From an uncultured Clostridia bacterium (lineage in GTDB: Bacteria; Bacillota; Clostridia; Christensenellales; Borkfalkiaceae): a stretch of DNA of 64,000 bases. The stretch is from NCBI GenBank assembly GCA_964503655.1, contig CAZDAG010000007.1, positions 7,713 to 71,712 of the forward strand, in the 5' to 3' direction. The notes beneath the pieces were generated by a model. The model searched no databases and was not told the origin of the DNA. It was given only the letters and a program-made list of their open reading frames with translations. Position 1 is the first letter of the stretch; each line of letters begins with the position of its first letter. The position numbers and the translations under genes were made by a program. This document shows, in pieces, positions 34,097 through 42,821 of the stretch.

Positions 34097-34142
34097 TTAG
34101 CATATGCTTATGATACAATTGTTTAAAATTAGCATATGCTTA
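34097..34142. promoter_or_regulatory. two identical palindromic operators overlapping a rightward promoter
   Basis: TTAGCATATGCTTA occurs at 34097..34110 and 34129..34142 (core AGCATATGCT is a perfect palindrome; 32-bp spacing). The first lies between TTGCAA and an extended -10, TGATACAAT. Confidence 0.6.
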
Positions 34143-34271
34143 TTTTCGTGAAGGGCTTACCGCCGGAGTATCGGCGCGGGGCTAACGTGCGATTTTGACC
34201 CGTTTACGGGCGCGTACGCGAGCCTTTGACCGCCTTTTCGCGGTAAAAGTCGAAAAAAGGAGTAAAAATCA

Positions 34272-35441
34272 ATGGGCAAGAACAAAAACCGCGGCGGGTC
34301 GTCCGCTGCAAAAACTGAAACCGCAAAGGCAATCGGCGTGGCGTTATTTGTGATTGTAATTGCGGTCGCATACGTCATCACGTCGCTTGCGCTCGGCATA
34401 CGCGCGGGCGCGCCCGTATGGAATCCGTTAAAATGGGGCAAAGCCGGCGCAACCCAAACGCAACCCGGCGGCGACGGCGGCGACGATAACCCGGTTATTG
34501 CTGTTGACTCGGACGGCAGCGCAATAAAGAACGGCTGCACGTACTCAATGGGGCGCAATGCAATAAGCGGCATAACCTATCTGACCGAAACGCAGAATAA
34601 TCAGACGTACGTCCCGGAAGGCGAAATCTACGTAACAGCAGAACTTTCAAATGAATACATAAATGGCGCGTTTGACTGGTCTGTCAAGTTTGCGAACGAA
34701 AACGCGGAATGGGCAGTCGGAAAGGTTGCGGACTACTACGTCGCAGCGGATGCAGTTCCCGGCGACAGCTCACGAGCAAAGCTGCGTTTCCTTGCCCCCT
34801 TTGCCGAACAAATTATTTTAACGGCGACGTTGCGCGGAACTGACAGCTCGGACAGCTGCACCATTGATTGTGTAAAGCCTGTTACATTAAGTAGTTGGGA
34901 ATATTACGGCGATACCGGCGACGGGGTTATGGAAGTTTCTGCAACTGTAAATTACGGCGTTGGAACGGTAACCGGTGATTTTGTTTCCTGTTCTGCTACT
35001 ATTGATTTTACAGACCAATTTACATACGATTTCAAAGATTATCTTAAATTTGACGTTGGTATACGCACTATATCGTTAAATAATCCTGATAGCGTAACAA
35101 CCGACAGTTATAGCAATGGCGGCACACTTGCGTTTGCCGTATATGCAATTTTTGAAAATGAGTTAACACACTCAATGTTTATTGAAAACTTTGACAATTA
35201 CGACAAGGCACACAAGGAAGCAATTTACTATGCTTGGTATAATGCCGCAAAAGATACCCGGTCTAATTTTTATTTGACGGCAACTTTTTCATACGGTTAC
35301 AGCGATGTAGTTATAAGCTATGAAAAATGCGATTATCAATTACTTAATTATCGCATTACTGGTGAGTACTACGACGGCGGGAACGGCTACGCCCCTGACC
35401 TTGCGCCGAACGTGCAGTTAAACAAAAACTACGTATTTTAA
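34272..35441 (+). CDS. membrane-anchored hypothetical protein (candidate virion/minor coat protein)
   Basis: 389 aa with an N-terminal TM anchor (IGVALFVIVIAVAYVITSLALGI) and a G/D/P-rich linker. The RBS is AAAGGAG. Confidence 0.6.
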   Translation: MGKNKNRGGSSAAKTETAKAIGVALFVIVIAVAYVITSLALGIRAGAPVWNPLKWGKAGATQTQPGGDGGDDNPVIAVDSDGSAIKNGCTYSMGRNAISGITYLTETQNNQTYVPEGEIYVTAELSNEYINGAFDWSVKFANENAEWAVGKVADYYVAADAVPGDSSRAKLRFLAPFAEQIILTATLRGTDSSDSCTIDCVKPVTLSSWEYYGDTGDGVMEVSATVNYGVGTVTGDFVSCSATIDFTDQFTYDFKDYLKFDVGIRTISLNNPDSVTTDSYSNGGTLAFAVYAIFENELTHSMFIENFDNYDKAHKEAIYYAWYNAAKDTRSNFYLTATFSYGYSDVVISYEKCDYQLLNYRITGEYYDGGNGYAPDLAPNVQLNKNYVF

Positions 35442-35452
35442 GGCGGCGCGGT

Positions 35453-37015
35453 ATGGGTAAGCTCGATACTAAAATTAAATACGTTTTGGCGGCGGCGGTG
35501 CTTTTTGCGCTTGCCGCCATAGCTGCGTTATACGGCGGCGCGTTCAACGTGTCCGCCGCGACGTCGTTTTCAAACGTATTTGACGACCTTCGCACCGACA
35601 GCACGTTCAACGTTGAAAAATATCCGACAAAAAAAGGCGACGGCAGTCTGAACGTTATTCAGCTTGCCGAAAGCACGGACAGCGAACTGTTTGTATACGT
35701 TTATCACCCATCCGCAGACAAGCAGACAACGGCATCCACGATAAGCATTGCAGAACAGCTGAACAACGCGGACGACTTGCAACCCGTCTTATATAACTTG
35801 CAGCTTGTAAGCAATGTCGGAGTGTTTTACAAATACACAGTAACCGGGTTTAAGGTATCGAGCGAAAAAGAGCGGTTCTATAACGTGATAATGTTACAAC
35901 GCCCTTACGTTGCTGCATACGACGGCGCAAGCAGCAACGACAGCGCGATAAACCGCAGAGCTTACGGCGTGGGGCAATATTGGTACGCAACAACAACCGA
36001 CAACGGCGACGTTACGTATAAAATGCTCGAAGTCGAAACCGTGCAAATTATAAACCCCTTTACAAGCCATATCAGAAAGAAAAAAGCCGGGACGGGTTCA
36101 AACAGAACAGACTACTATCAGGATAACTATTACGTTGCTTTCAGTACCGACAGAAATATAGAAAAGCTCTTATCCGCAACGGTTGAATACCGTATACAAG
36201 ATTATTATTACAAAAATAATAGCGTACTAAATTTTGGCAGTACAGAATTCAGCAAAAAAGCGGTATTTACAAACGAACGAAATACAACGCGCGACGTTTA
36301 CGCAGACGAAACGGTGAATTTAAAGCAAGAAGGCTTTACGCTGCTTTTTGGCGCGGTTGACCTTAGCAAAAAGTTTACGTGGAATCGCATTCAGTCTTCG
36401 GAAGATTTCGTAAACACTGCCGGCGCATCTTCTTCGGATAACAACGAAGTTAAAAAGCTGCAATGGGTGCTAATGTTTGAAGAAACTTCGGCGTTCTGCT
36501 ATCAGGACGGCTCACTAATAACGGTTTACGAAGAGTCCGGGCAAATAATCGACAACGTAACGGTTTTGCGCCTTGAATTTGTCGAAGACGGCGTAACGTA
36601 CAATTTAGGCACGGTATCGGATACCGTATCAGGCAAGCCGCCCTTCGGCGGCGGCAATACCGACCCGGACGACCCAGACGACAGCGGCGAACAAAGTTTC
36701 CTTGAATATGTTTGGCACTGCATCACGGCGTTATTTACCGGGACAGCTTCGGCAAAAGAAACAACAGTAGCTATAATTGCGCTGCTTGTGTGCCTTGTCC
36801 TTTTATGCGTATTGGGATACATTATATCCGCAATAGTAAGTATTTTCGTCCCCGCCCTTCGTCCGGTACTGCGTGCAATACTGAAAACAGTCGGTAAAGC
36901 CCTTCTATGGGTGATTCTCTTGCCCTTCCGTGCTATTGCTGCACTGTGCCGGGCAATATCCAACGTAACCGCGCGGCGCAAGGCAACCGCCGCTGCAAGG
37001 AGTAAAAAGAAATGA
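35453..37015 (+). CDS. pIII-like protein: signal peptide, G/P/D-rich linker, C-terminal membrane anchor
   Basis: 520 aa with the signal peptide VLAAAVLFALAAIAALYGGAFNVSAA, the linker GKPPFGGGNTDPDDPDDSGE, and a C-terminal hydrophobic region IIALLVCLVLLCVLGYIISAIVSIFV. Confidence 0.6.
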   Translation: MGKLDTKIKYVLAAAVLFALAAIAALYGGAFNVSAATSFSNVFDDLRTDSTFNVEKYPTKKGDGSLNVIQLAESTDSELFVYVYHPSADKQTTASTISIAEQLNNADDLQPVLYNLQLVSNVGVFYKYTVTGFKVSSEKERFYNVIMLQRPYVAAYDGASSNDSAINRRAYGVGQYWYATTTDNGDVTYKMLEVETVQIINPFTSHIRKKKAGTGSNRTDYYQDNYYVAFSTDRNIEKLLSATVEYRIQDYYYKNNSVLNFGSTEFSKKAVFTNERNTTRDVYADETVNLKQEGFTLLFGAVDLSKKFTWNRIQSSEDFVNTAGASSSDNNEVKKLQWVLMFEETSAFCYQDGSLITVYEESGQIIDNVTVLRLEFVEDGVTYNLGTVSDTVSGKPPFGGGNTDPDDPDDSGEQSFLEYVWHCITALFTGTASAKETTVAIIALLVCLVLLCVLGYIISAIVSIFVPALRPVLRAILKTVGKALLWVILLPFRAIAALCRAISNVTARRKATAAARSKKK

Positions 37016-37200
37016 AATTTTTAACGGTATTCTTTTCTATTATGTGTTTGCTATCCGTGGGCGGTTGCATTGCTTGCAGCTTTTACGCGGATACTTTGCC
37101 GGTACTCGGTGCAGCCGTTAAAGCGTTAATTTGTTTTAGCGTTGGTTTTGCTCTTGCTACTATCGGACTTGCTTTGGCGGTAATTTTTAAAAGTAAATAA
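37012..37200 (+). CDS. 62-aa two-TM protein (pVI-like or coat-like)
   Basis: It is almost entirely hydrophobic and overlaps both neighbours by 4 nt and 1 nt. Confidence 0.55.
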   Translation: MKFLTVFFSIMCLLSVGGCIACSFYADTLPVLGAAVKALICFSVGFALATIGLALAVIFKSK

Positions 37201-37952
37201 TGTCAAATCTCATACTTAACCCGGAAAGCGAAGTCGTAATATTTTTCGGTCCGAAAGGCTCAGGCAAATCTTCGCTTATGGGGCATTTTACGGACACATA
37301 TATTAAAACCTTGGGCGACCAACGGCAAGAGCTATCAGAACAGCTTATCTGGGAAGAAAACGTAGACCGTAAAATTCCTTTATCGTTCCCCGACTTGCCG
37401 CCCGTTTATGCAAATACAAAATACAAAAACCTTAAAACCCGCGCGGGCAAAGAAGTCAACCCTATACCCATTAAAGGCAAGGATATAGGCGTATCCAACG
37501 AAAATGAAAACTACAAATATTTATACCCCGCACCTTTAATAGTATTAGACGAAGTGCATAGAGAATTCACTGCAAAAGGCGAAAATTTACCGACAGGTCA
37601 ACTTGAATTTTTTATGGAATGCCGGCATCATCACGTCATTATGCTATTAGCTGCACCGCGTGCAGTGCTAATTAATAAAGACATACGTGCTTCGGGTTCT
37701 CGCTTTATTGAACCGCGCAAGGTAATTAATTTTTTTGACGATTTCAAACGGCTTTACAAAACTATTTGGTATTGCCGGGAATTCTTGGAAACAAGCGCAA
37801 TCGAAGAATATATAACAACAAACGGCAAAAGCAACGGTTATGTTGAAACAATGTACGAACATAACGGCAACGTGCGCGAACTCTACGACGGTTACGCTTT
37901 CAGAAAGCACTTTTACCCGCCGGAAGGAAAAGACTTTGAAAAATATCATTAA
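37200..37952 (+). CDS. Zot/inovirus pI-like P-loop assembly ATPase
   Basis: 250 aa with Walker A FFGPKGSGKSS and Walker B LIVLDEVH near the N-terminus, as in the zonular occludens toxin family. Confidence 0.6.
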   Translation: MSNLILNPESEVVIFFGPKGSGKSSLMGHFTDTYIKTLGDQRQELSEQLIWEENVDRKIPLSFPDLPPVYANTKYKNLKTRAGKEVNPIPIKGKDIGVSNENENYKYLYPAPLIVLDEVHREFTAKGENLPTGQLEFFMECRHHHVIMLLAAPRAVLINKDIRASGSRFIEPRKVINFFDDFKRLYKTIWYCREFLETSAIEEYITTNGKSNGYVETMYEHNGNVRELYDGYAFRKHFYPPEGKDFEKYH

Positions 37953-38805
37953 TATCCATTTAGCAAAAGACACACCGACGGAAACGATTAAAGAACTTTC
38001 CGCAATTTTAAAATTGCAAAATGAAAAGCCTTCTAATCGCAAACAGTCTGATTTATATGCATCTAACGAAGATATTGAAAAGCTGCACGAACGTTATGAG
38101 CAGTTATTCAAAAAGGTTAAAAATTCCCCTGACCTTTCGGAAAAGCAAATCGAAAAAGAATGCGACACGTTAAGCCGTAAATACGATTTTGAACTCGAAG
38201 AACTGTCTAAACGTCGCAAAGTCGACTATGACAAAGAACAAGCCGAAATCAAAGCAAGAGCAAAAGAAGAAACACCTTGGCGGCGCGGTTGGTGGTGGCG
38301 GTTAATTTTCCAACCGCTCACAAACCGGGCGCAAGACATTATCGAAAAGCGCGCCGAACTGGATGCCGACCGCGTTCACTCTGATGCCGAAAAAGCTATC
38401 GAAGACGACCAAAAAAAATTGCCGACTAACAGCAACAAAAAGCTGTCTTTACGTAAGCGCAAACGCGCTCAGAACGAGCTGAAAAAGATTATCGAAGCGG
38501 CAGACGATGCGAACGGTTCAGAAATGTTTGTCGAACCGCTTGCACCGCAAGACGAGCCGAAACAAAACACAGAAACGCCTAAGCGAACAATAGATACAAA
38601 AACAGATCCGCGCGAAGCTGATACGGCAATAGAGCCACAAAAACGAGAAAAGCCGGACAATGCAGAACCCGCACCGGCAGAACTGAAAACAACGACCAAC
38701 GCCGGACAACTGCCGGGGCAACTCACGCTGGACGACGTACAGCAAATGCCGACACAGTCGACACGCAGACCGCGCCCGCCGAGAAGCTGCCGGAAACCAT
38801 CGTAA
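37936..38805 (+). CDS. highly charged coiled-coil protein, function unknown (start uncertain)
   Basis: The ORF track starts at ATG 37840, deep inside the previous gene. A TTG at 37936 after GGAAGGAAAAG gives a 17-nt overlap instead. It is Lys/Glu-rich with a Pro/Thr-rich tail. Confidence 0.5.
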   Translation: MKNIINIHLAKDTPTETIKELSAILKLQNEKPSNRKQSDLYASNEDIEKLHERYEQLFKKVKNSPDLSEKQIEKECDTLSRKYDFELEELSKRRKVDYDKEQAEIKARAKEETPWRRGWWWRLIFQPLTNRAQDIIEKRAELDADRVHSDAEKAIEDDQKKLPTNSNKKLSLRKRKRAQNELKKIIEAADDANGSEMFVEPLAPQDEPKQNTETPKRTIDTKTDPREADTAIEPQKREKPDNAEPAPAELKTTTNAGQLPGQLTLDDVQQMPTQSTRRPRPPRSCRKPS

Positions 38806-38987
38806 ATTACACTATAAAAAACGCGGTCGTGTATTTCACTACCGCAAGCCAACGAGAGCAAAAAACAACGAAAAAATGACCGAAAGGTCGTCTAAAAATG
38901 CGACGTCGCGCCGGGGATCTCCGAAGTAGAAAAATTATGACTACCCCGCCATGCACGACGGCGAACTAAAAAAACAAGGTGAATTTA

Positions 38988-39227
38988 ATGAGCGTACAAA
39001 GCAAAATTATAAGGGTTTACACTTGCACTTGCGACGAGTGCGGCAAAAGTCAAGACGTACAGCCGTCCGACGAAATATACAACGCTGCACAGGCCGTGCG
39101 CTCGCTCGGCTGGAAGTTCGGCAAAGATAGAAGCGTAAAATGCGACGAATGCCGCCGTAACGACTGGGACGACCATTACAGCTATATTGCGCAATATAAG
39201 CAAGAAAAGAAAAAAACAACATCGTAA
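38988..39227 (+). CDS. small zinc-ribbon protein
   Basis: CTCDEC...KCDEC gives two CxxC pairs. The ATG at 38988 follows AAGGTGA by 6 nt. Confidence 0.55.
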   Translation: MSVQSKIIRVYTCTCDECGKSQDVQPSDEIYNAAQAVRSLGWKFGKDRSVKCDECRRNDWDDHYSYIAQYKQEKKKTTS

Positions 39228-39311
39228 AGTAGTCGGGCCTATTACTACACCGCGCCGGCACAAGTAGTCGCAGGCCGTACTACTTAAATCGAATACAAGG
39301 ACGAAAACAAT

Positions 39312-39530
39312 ATGAAAGCAACAGTATACACTTGCGAAGACTGCAAAACAACGGCGACGTTTTCAAGCTATTTGAAAGCCCGCGCCGCGAACTGGGCAAT
39401 TTCACGCGACTATCAAACGTGCTACTGTCCTAAATGCGCACCCCCGCACCGTCTAGGCGGCGCGAACGGCAAGACCACCACGCCGCGCAAATGGCATCCT
39501 GACTGCAAGCAGTTAAAAATAGAAGTTTAA
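39312..39530 (+). CDS. small zinc-ribbon protein (paralogous architecture)
   Basis: YTCEDC...CYCPKC gives two CxxC pairs. Its layout is the same as the preceding gene. Confidence 0.55.
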   Translation: MKATVYTCEDCKTTATFSSYLKARAANWAISRDYQTCYCPKCAPPHRLGGANGKTTTPRKWHPDCKQLKIEV

Positions 39531-39547
39531 AAGGATTCCGCGCATTT

Positions 39548-40639
39548 ATGCAAACTTCAACAGCGTTAAAACTTAATATGCTATATATGCCATTAGCATA
39601 CACCGGCAAATATAACAACGCTTTCCGACGTAAAGACGGTAAGCGGTTTAACGCTGCAACGCAAGCCATAGCAGCGGACATCAGAACACAATACCGCCTT
39701 TTTAAAACACGGACAGCGAAGTGTTCGTGTCAGAGCTTGTCCGATACTCTGAACTATTCCCGCCCTACTATTTGCGTATCGCTTAAAGCGTTAGTGGATG
39801 CCGGCATCATAGAGCGCACCGGACAGTCTGAATATACGCTGAAAGAAATCGAAGATAAAATCAACTATATCCGCATACCGCTTTACTTCCTTACCGAAAC
39901 GTTTAACGGGCGCAAGCTCACCTTCAACGCCGTTTGCGTTCTATGCCTTATTCTTCGTGAAATCTGCAACCCTGACACTGTTAATATTAAAAAGCAATAT
40001 TTTAATATCAAAGGCAAACGCACGATATTTTTTATCGGCGGCGAAAGCCACATTTCAAAAGCGATTAACGTTTCAACGTCTACTGCATCACGCATTATTA
40101 AATTACTGACCGGTGCGAACCTTATTTATTCCCATTGTGTGCATCAAGATGCAGGCGAAAATTGGATAGCAGAACCCGGCAACGGCTACAACGCAAAGTA
40201 CGTTACCGCGCTGTCGGTAGACCGTAAAATACTTTTACAATACAAAAAAGCTATTGCAAAAGACGACGAAGAACGCGCCGAACTCGATGCAGCATTAAAG
40301 CTGCTATATTCTGACGAAACGCCCGCGGCAATGTCTGAAAACGCAGCAGAACCGGAAGAACCCGGCAAATACAGCAAGTATGCGTTAAACATACTTAGCA
40401 AAGAATTTGCAGGAAACGAAGAATTTAAACGCTTTAAAACGGAATACAACGGCTTAAACTCGCTTATTGTTTCGTCTATCCTTAAAAGCGACGAACAGCA
40501 AACGGAACAGCTTGAACAAAAGCTCAATAAAATAAAGAAAGACCTTTTAAACTTTATATTAGCACACAACGTGCAGCGCAAGAATTTGCCCACCGGCGAT
40601 GCGCTGGACACGCTCTTGCACGAGCTTTTAATTAAATAA
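39548..40639 (+). CDS. putative replication initiator/DNA-binding protein with two wHTH modules
   Basis: 363 aa with two MarR/DnaD-like segments (LSDTLNYSRPTICVSLKALVDAGIIERTG and ISKAINVSTSTASRIIKLLTGANLIY). The tail is acidic and helical. Confidence 0.45.
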   Translation: MQTSTALKLNMLYMPLAYTGKYNNAFRRKDGKRFNAATQAIAADIRTQYRLFKTRTAKCSCQSLSDTLNYSRPTICVSLKALVDAGIIERTGQSEYTLKEIEDKINYIRIPLYFLTETFNGRKLTFNAVCVLCLILREICNPDTVNIKKQYFNIKGKRTIFFIGGESHISKAINVSTSTASRIIKLLTGANLIYSHCVHQDAGENWIAEPGNGYNAKYVTALSVDRKILLQYKKAIAKDDEERAELDAALKLLYSDETPAAMSENAAEPEEPGKYSKYALNILSKEFAGNEEFKRFKTEYNGLNSLIVSSILKSDEQQTEQLEQKLNKIKKDLLNFILAHNVQRKNLPTGDALDTLLHELLIK

Positions 40640-40673
40640 AGCGTAAGCGATACCGCTTGCGCTTATTTGCGTT

Positions 40674-40704
40674 AGACACGGTTAAAAAACCGTGTCTTTT
40701 TTTA
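40674..40704 (+). terminator. intrinsic terminator after the initiator gene
   Basis: AGACACGG-TTAAAAAA-CCGTGTCT followed by T7. It is preceded by a second hairpin at 40640..40667. Confidence 0.65.
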
Positions 40705-40795
40705 TGGCGCCGCGCTCGAAACTCCCCGGATATTCGAGCTTTTTTTATGCTAAAATTCATAGGTATCTATTATTTTACTTTTCATTAAAATTTCC

Positions 40796-40849
40796 GATAT
40801 CTAAATGTAAAGTTTAAGATATCTATTTGTAAAGTTTTAGATACCTTAT
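40796..40849 (+). repeat. 22-bp iteron-like direct repeats (candidate origin)
   Basis: GATATCTAAATGTAAAGTTTAA, GATATCTATTTGTAAAGTTTTA and GATACCTTATAC start at 40796, 40818 and 40840. A related GGTATCTATTATTTTAC lies at 40762. Confidence 0.5.
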
Positions 40850-41326
40850 ACTATTATTCCAGACCTTAGCATCATAAGAAAAATCTTTATTAAAAAAGAT
40901 TTTTTTGCGCTCGGTTTCGTCGTCTGTGTTATGCGGCGGGAATTATCCGCGCGGGGCGCGGTAATTTTATGCGCGTTTAATTTTATTTTTGCGGTGGTGA
41001 ATTACGCGACCGCAATTATAATAAAGCGCGGGGCTTTGCCCCGAGACCCCTATTATTTTATGTTTAATAAGGGCGGGACACCCGACACCCGATTAATAAT
41101 AAAAAGACGCGCCCGCGGCAAGCCTAATGCGGGCGCGTCGACAGCTAAAAAAGTGAGTGTTGCACAAGCCCCGCCCTTTCGTTCTGATTACGCCTTGCGG
41201 AACACAACTATTTTATGCAGTTTTCAAAGACAAGGAAAAAGGCGCAGACTTGCGTGTAAATTGTGTGCAGGTAAAAAAAGTGCTTAAAATGCGGCTTTTT
41301 TGCCCCTTTTTCGGCAAAAATACGCG

Positions 41327-41371
41327 CTCTGACTCCGTCATTCGTTGGTTCAAATCCAGCTACCCCAGCCA
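41327..41371 (+). repeat. att direct repeat: exact copy of the tRNA-Gln 3' 45 nt
   Basis: CTCTGACTCCGTCATTCGTTGGTTCAAATCCAGCTACCCCAGCCA is identical to 25646..25690. Confidence 0.9.
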
Positions 41372-41505
41372 CAGACACTATATATTGTAGGTTCTGAAAA
41401 TTAGAACACAATATATAGTGTTTTATTTTTTAGCAAAAATGGCTGGAAACCCTGATTTGGGAGTAAATTTGGGAGTTTGCGGGGACTAAATTGGGGACTA
41501 AGCCT

Positions 41506-42750
41506 TTAATTCTTACCGAAATCCAATTTCAAGTAATCAACTTTTTCCGCTTCGCGCAATTGAAACTCTTCCGAGTAATGCGTGTAAACGGTTGTAGTTA
41601 TCGTTCCGCTTAACGAATGTCCCGCCCAAATACTGACGACTTCGCTCAAAACGCCGCTCTCTTTACATCTGCTGATGAACGTATGTCTTAACTCGTGTGA
41701 GTGGTGATTCGGGAACAACCGCTTCATTGTAGTCTGCAACGTGCCCAGGTTGACGCGCTTAGCCTTTTCGAAGTCGATGTACGGCAATACTTGTTTCATC
41801 ATCGGCGTAATAGGTATTTTGCGCTTTACAATGTTTTTGCCCATGCGCTCTTTGCTTGTTTCGCATTCGAGCCAAACTCCGTCAATTACGTTCAGGCTTG
41901 CAAGCTCGCTACGCCTGAGTCCCGCGTATAATAGCACGAGAAAGGCGTGAGCAGTATCTCTATTAAGGTGTGCAAGACAATGATTGACAAGCTTCTTTTC
42001 TTCCTCGTAAGTAAACGCGCAGCCGCTCTTGCTTTGGTAGTTGGGTACGACAACCTTTTTCATCGGCGTGGGAATGTTGTAGTCCTCCGCAATCATATCG
42101 AATATACAACGCAGTAAGAGAAATAATTTGTGTGCCGTACGCAGAATGCCTTTATCAACGTAGGTTAAAAGAAAGTTCTGCAACATACTTCTGTCTATTT
42201 CTATTGCCTTTATTTCTCCGAATACGGGCAAAACGTCATGATTTAACAATCGTAAGTATTCATTGTAGGTTGATTGCTTTGTCGTAACCTTTTTAATGTT
42301 CAACCACTCCTCGGCGTATTCTGCAAAGGTCTTGTCTTTTTTATCGGGCTTTTCGTCTTTGTGATTAAGTTTATCGATAAATTTCTGTTTGAGTTTAGTT
42401 AAATCTTTGGACGAAACTTCAATGTCAATTCCCTGTCTGTGGAATCTGGCTTCGTACACACCGTCCTTTCTTAAACGGTAGTGAACTATCAAATCGTTCG
42501 CCGCAAAGACATTTCTAATTTGTGTCGGCATCTGTGAAATCTCCTTTTTTGTAAATTTCAGCTCATTCCGACGATTTTCAACTTTACTCTTTTTTGTCCT
42601 GTTGTTTTGCCCGTCGGACTTAACAAGTGCGCTCAACTTATCCACCGTTATGGTGTTTGCCGCCATTTCCAGCATCAAGCGCTTCTGTTCGTCCGAACAT
42701 TCTACATTCGTTATAAAATTAAGTACTTCTAATAGTTTGTCCTGATTCAT
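41506..42750 (-). CDS. tyrosine integrase
   Basis: HELRHTFISRC and VYTHY are present. The start is set at ATG 42750 (MNQDKLL, after AAGGAGGA) by analogy with the island-1 integrase N-terminus; the ORF track starts 12 codons earlier at 42786. Confidence 0.85.
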   Translation of the reverse strand: MNQDKLLEVLNFITNVECSDEQKRLMLEMAANTITVDKLSALVKSDGQNNRTKKSKVENRRNELKFTKKEISQMPTQIRNVFAANDLIVHYRLRKDGVYEARFHRQGIDIEVSSKDLTKLKQKFIDKLNHKDEKPDKKDKTFAEYAEEWLNIKKVTTKQSTYNEYLRLLNHDVLPVFGEIKAIEIDRSMLQNFLLTYVDKGILRTAHKLFLLLRCIFDMIAEDYNIPTPMKKVVVPNYQSKSGCAFTYEEEKKLVNHCLAHLNRDTAHAFLVLLYAGLRRSELASLNVIDGVWLECETSKERMGKNIVKRKIPITPMMKQVLPYIDFEKAKRVNLGTLQTTMKRLFPNHHSHELRHTFISRCKESGVLSEVVSIWAGHSLSGTITTTVYTHYSEEFQLREAEKVDYLKLDFGKN

Positions 42751-42821
42751 TATCCTCCTTCGTATTTGTTCGTAAAATACTACCATGGTTTTCCGTAGAT
42801 TGCAAGTGCTTTAACATAAAT

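Larger units (their letters stand above)
25691..41371. mobile_element. genomic island 1 at tRNA-Gln (composite; see the sub-elements below)
   Basis: It is bounded by the intact tRNA and a perfect 45/45-nt direct repeat of the tRNA 3' part at 41327..41371. It carries recombinases, Rep, an RM system and phage-like genes. Confidence 0.8.
31801..41371. mobile_element. integrase-bearing phage-like element with an inovirus-type morphogenesis block (left boundary approximate)
   Basis: The TTGCGTGTAA arm-type repeats occur at 31810, 31821 and 41250. The content is an integrase, a cI/cro-like divergent switch, a Zot-like ATPase, an initiator and iterons. The right end is the 45-nt att repeat. Confidence 0.5.

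Noticed and set aside
40931-41287. 118-aa ORF near the right end of island 1
   Set aside because: It is Arg/Ala-rich nonsense-like sequence across hairpins (for example GACGCGCCCGC...GCGGGCGCGTC at about 41107-41141) and integrase arm repeats. It has no RBS. It is more plausibly att-flanking non-coding DNA.
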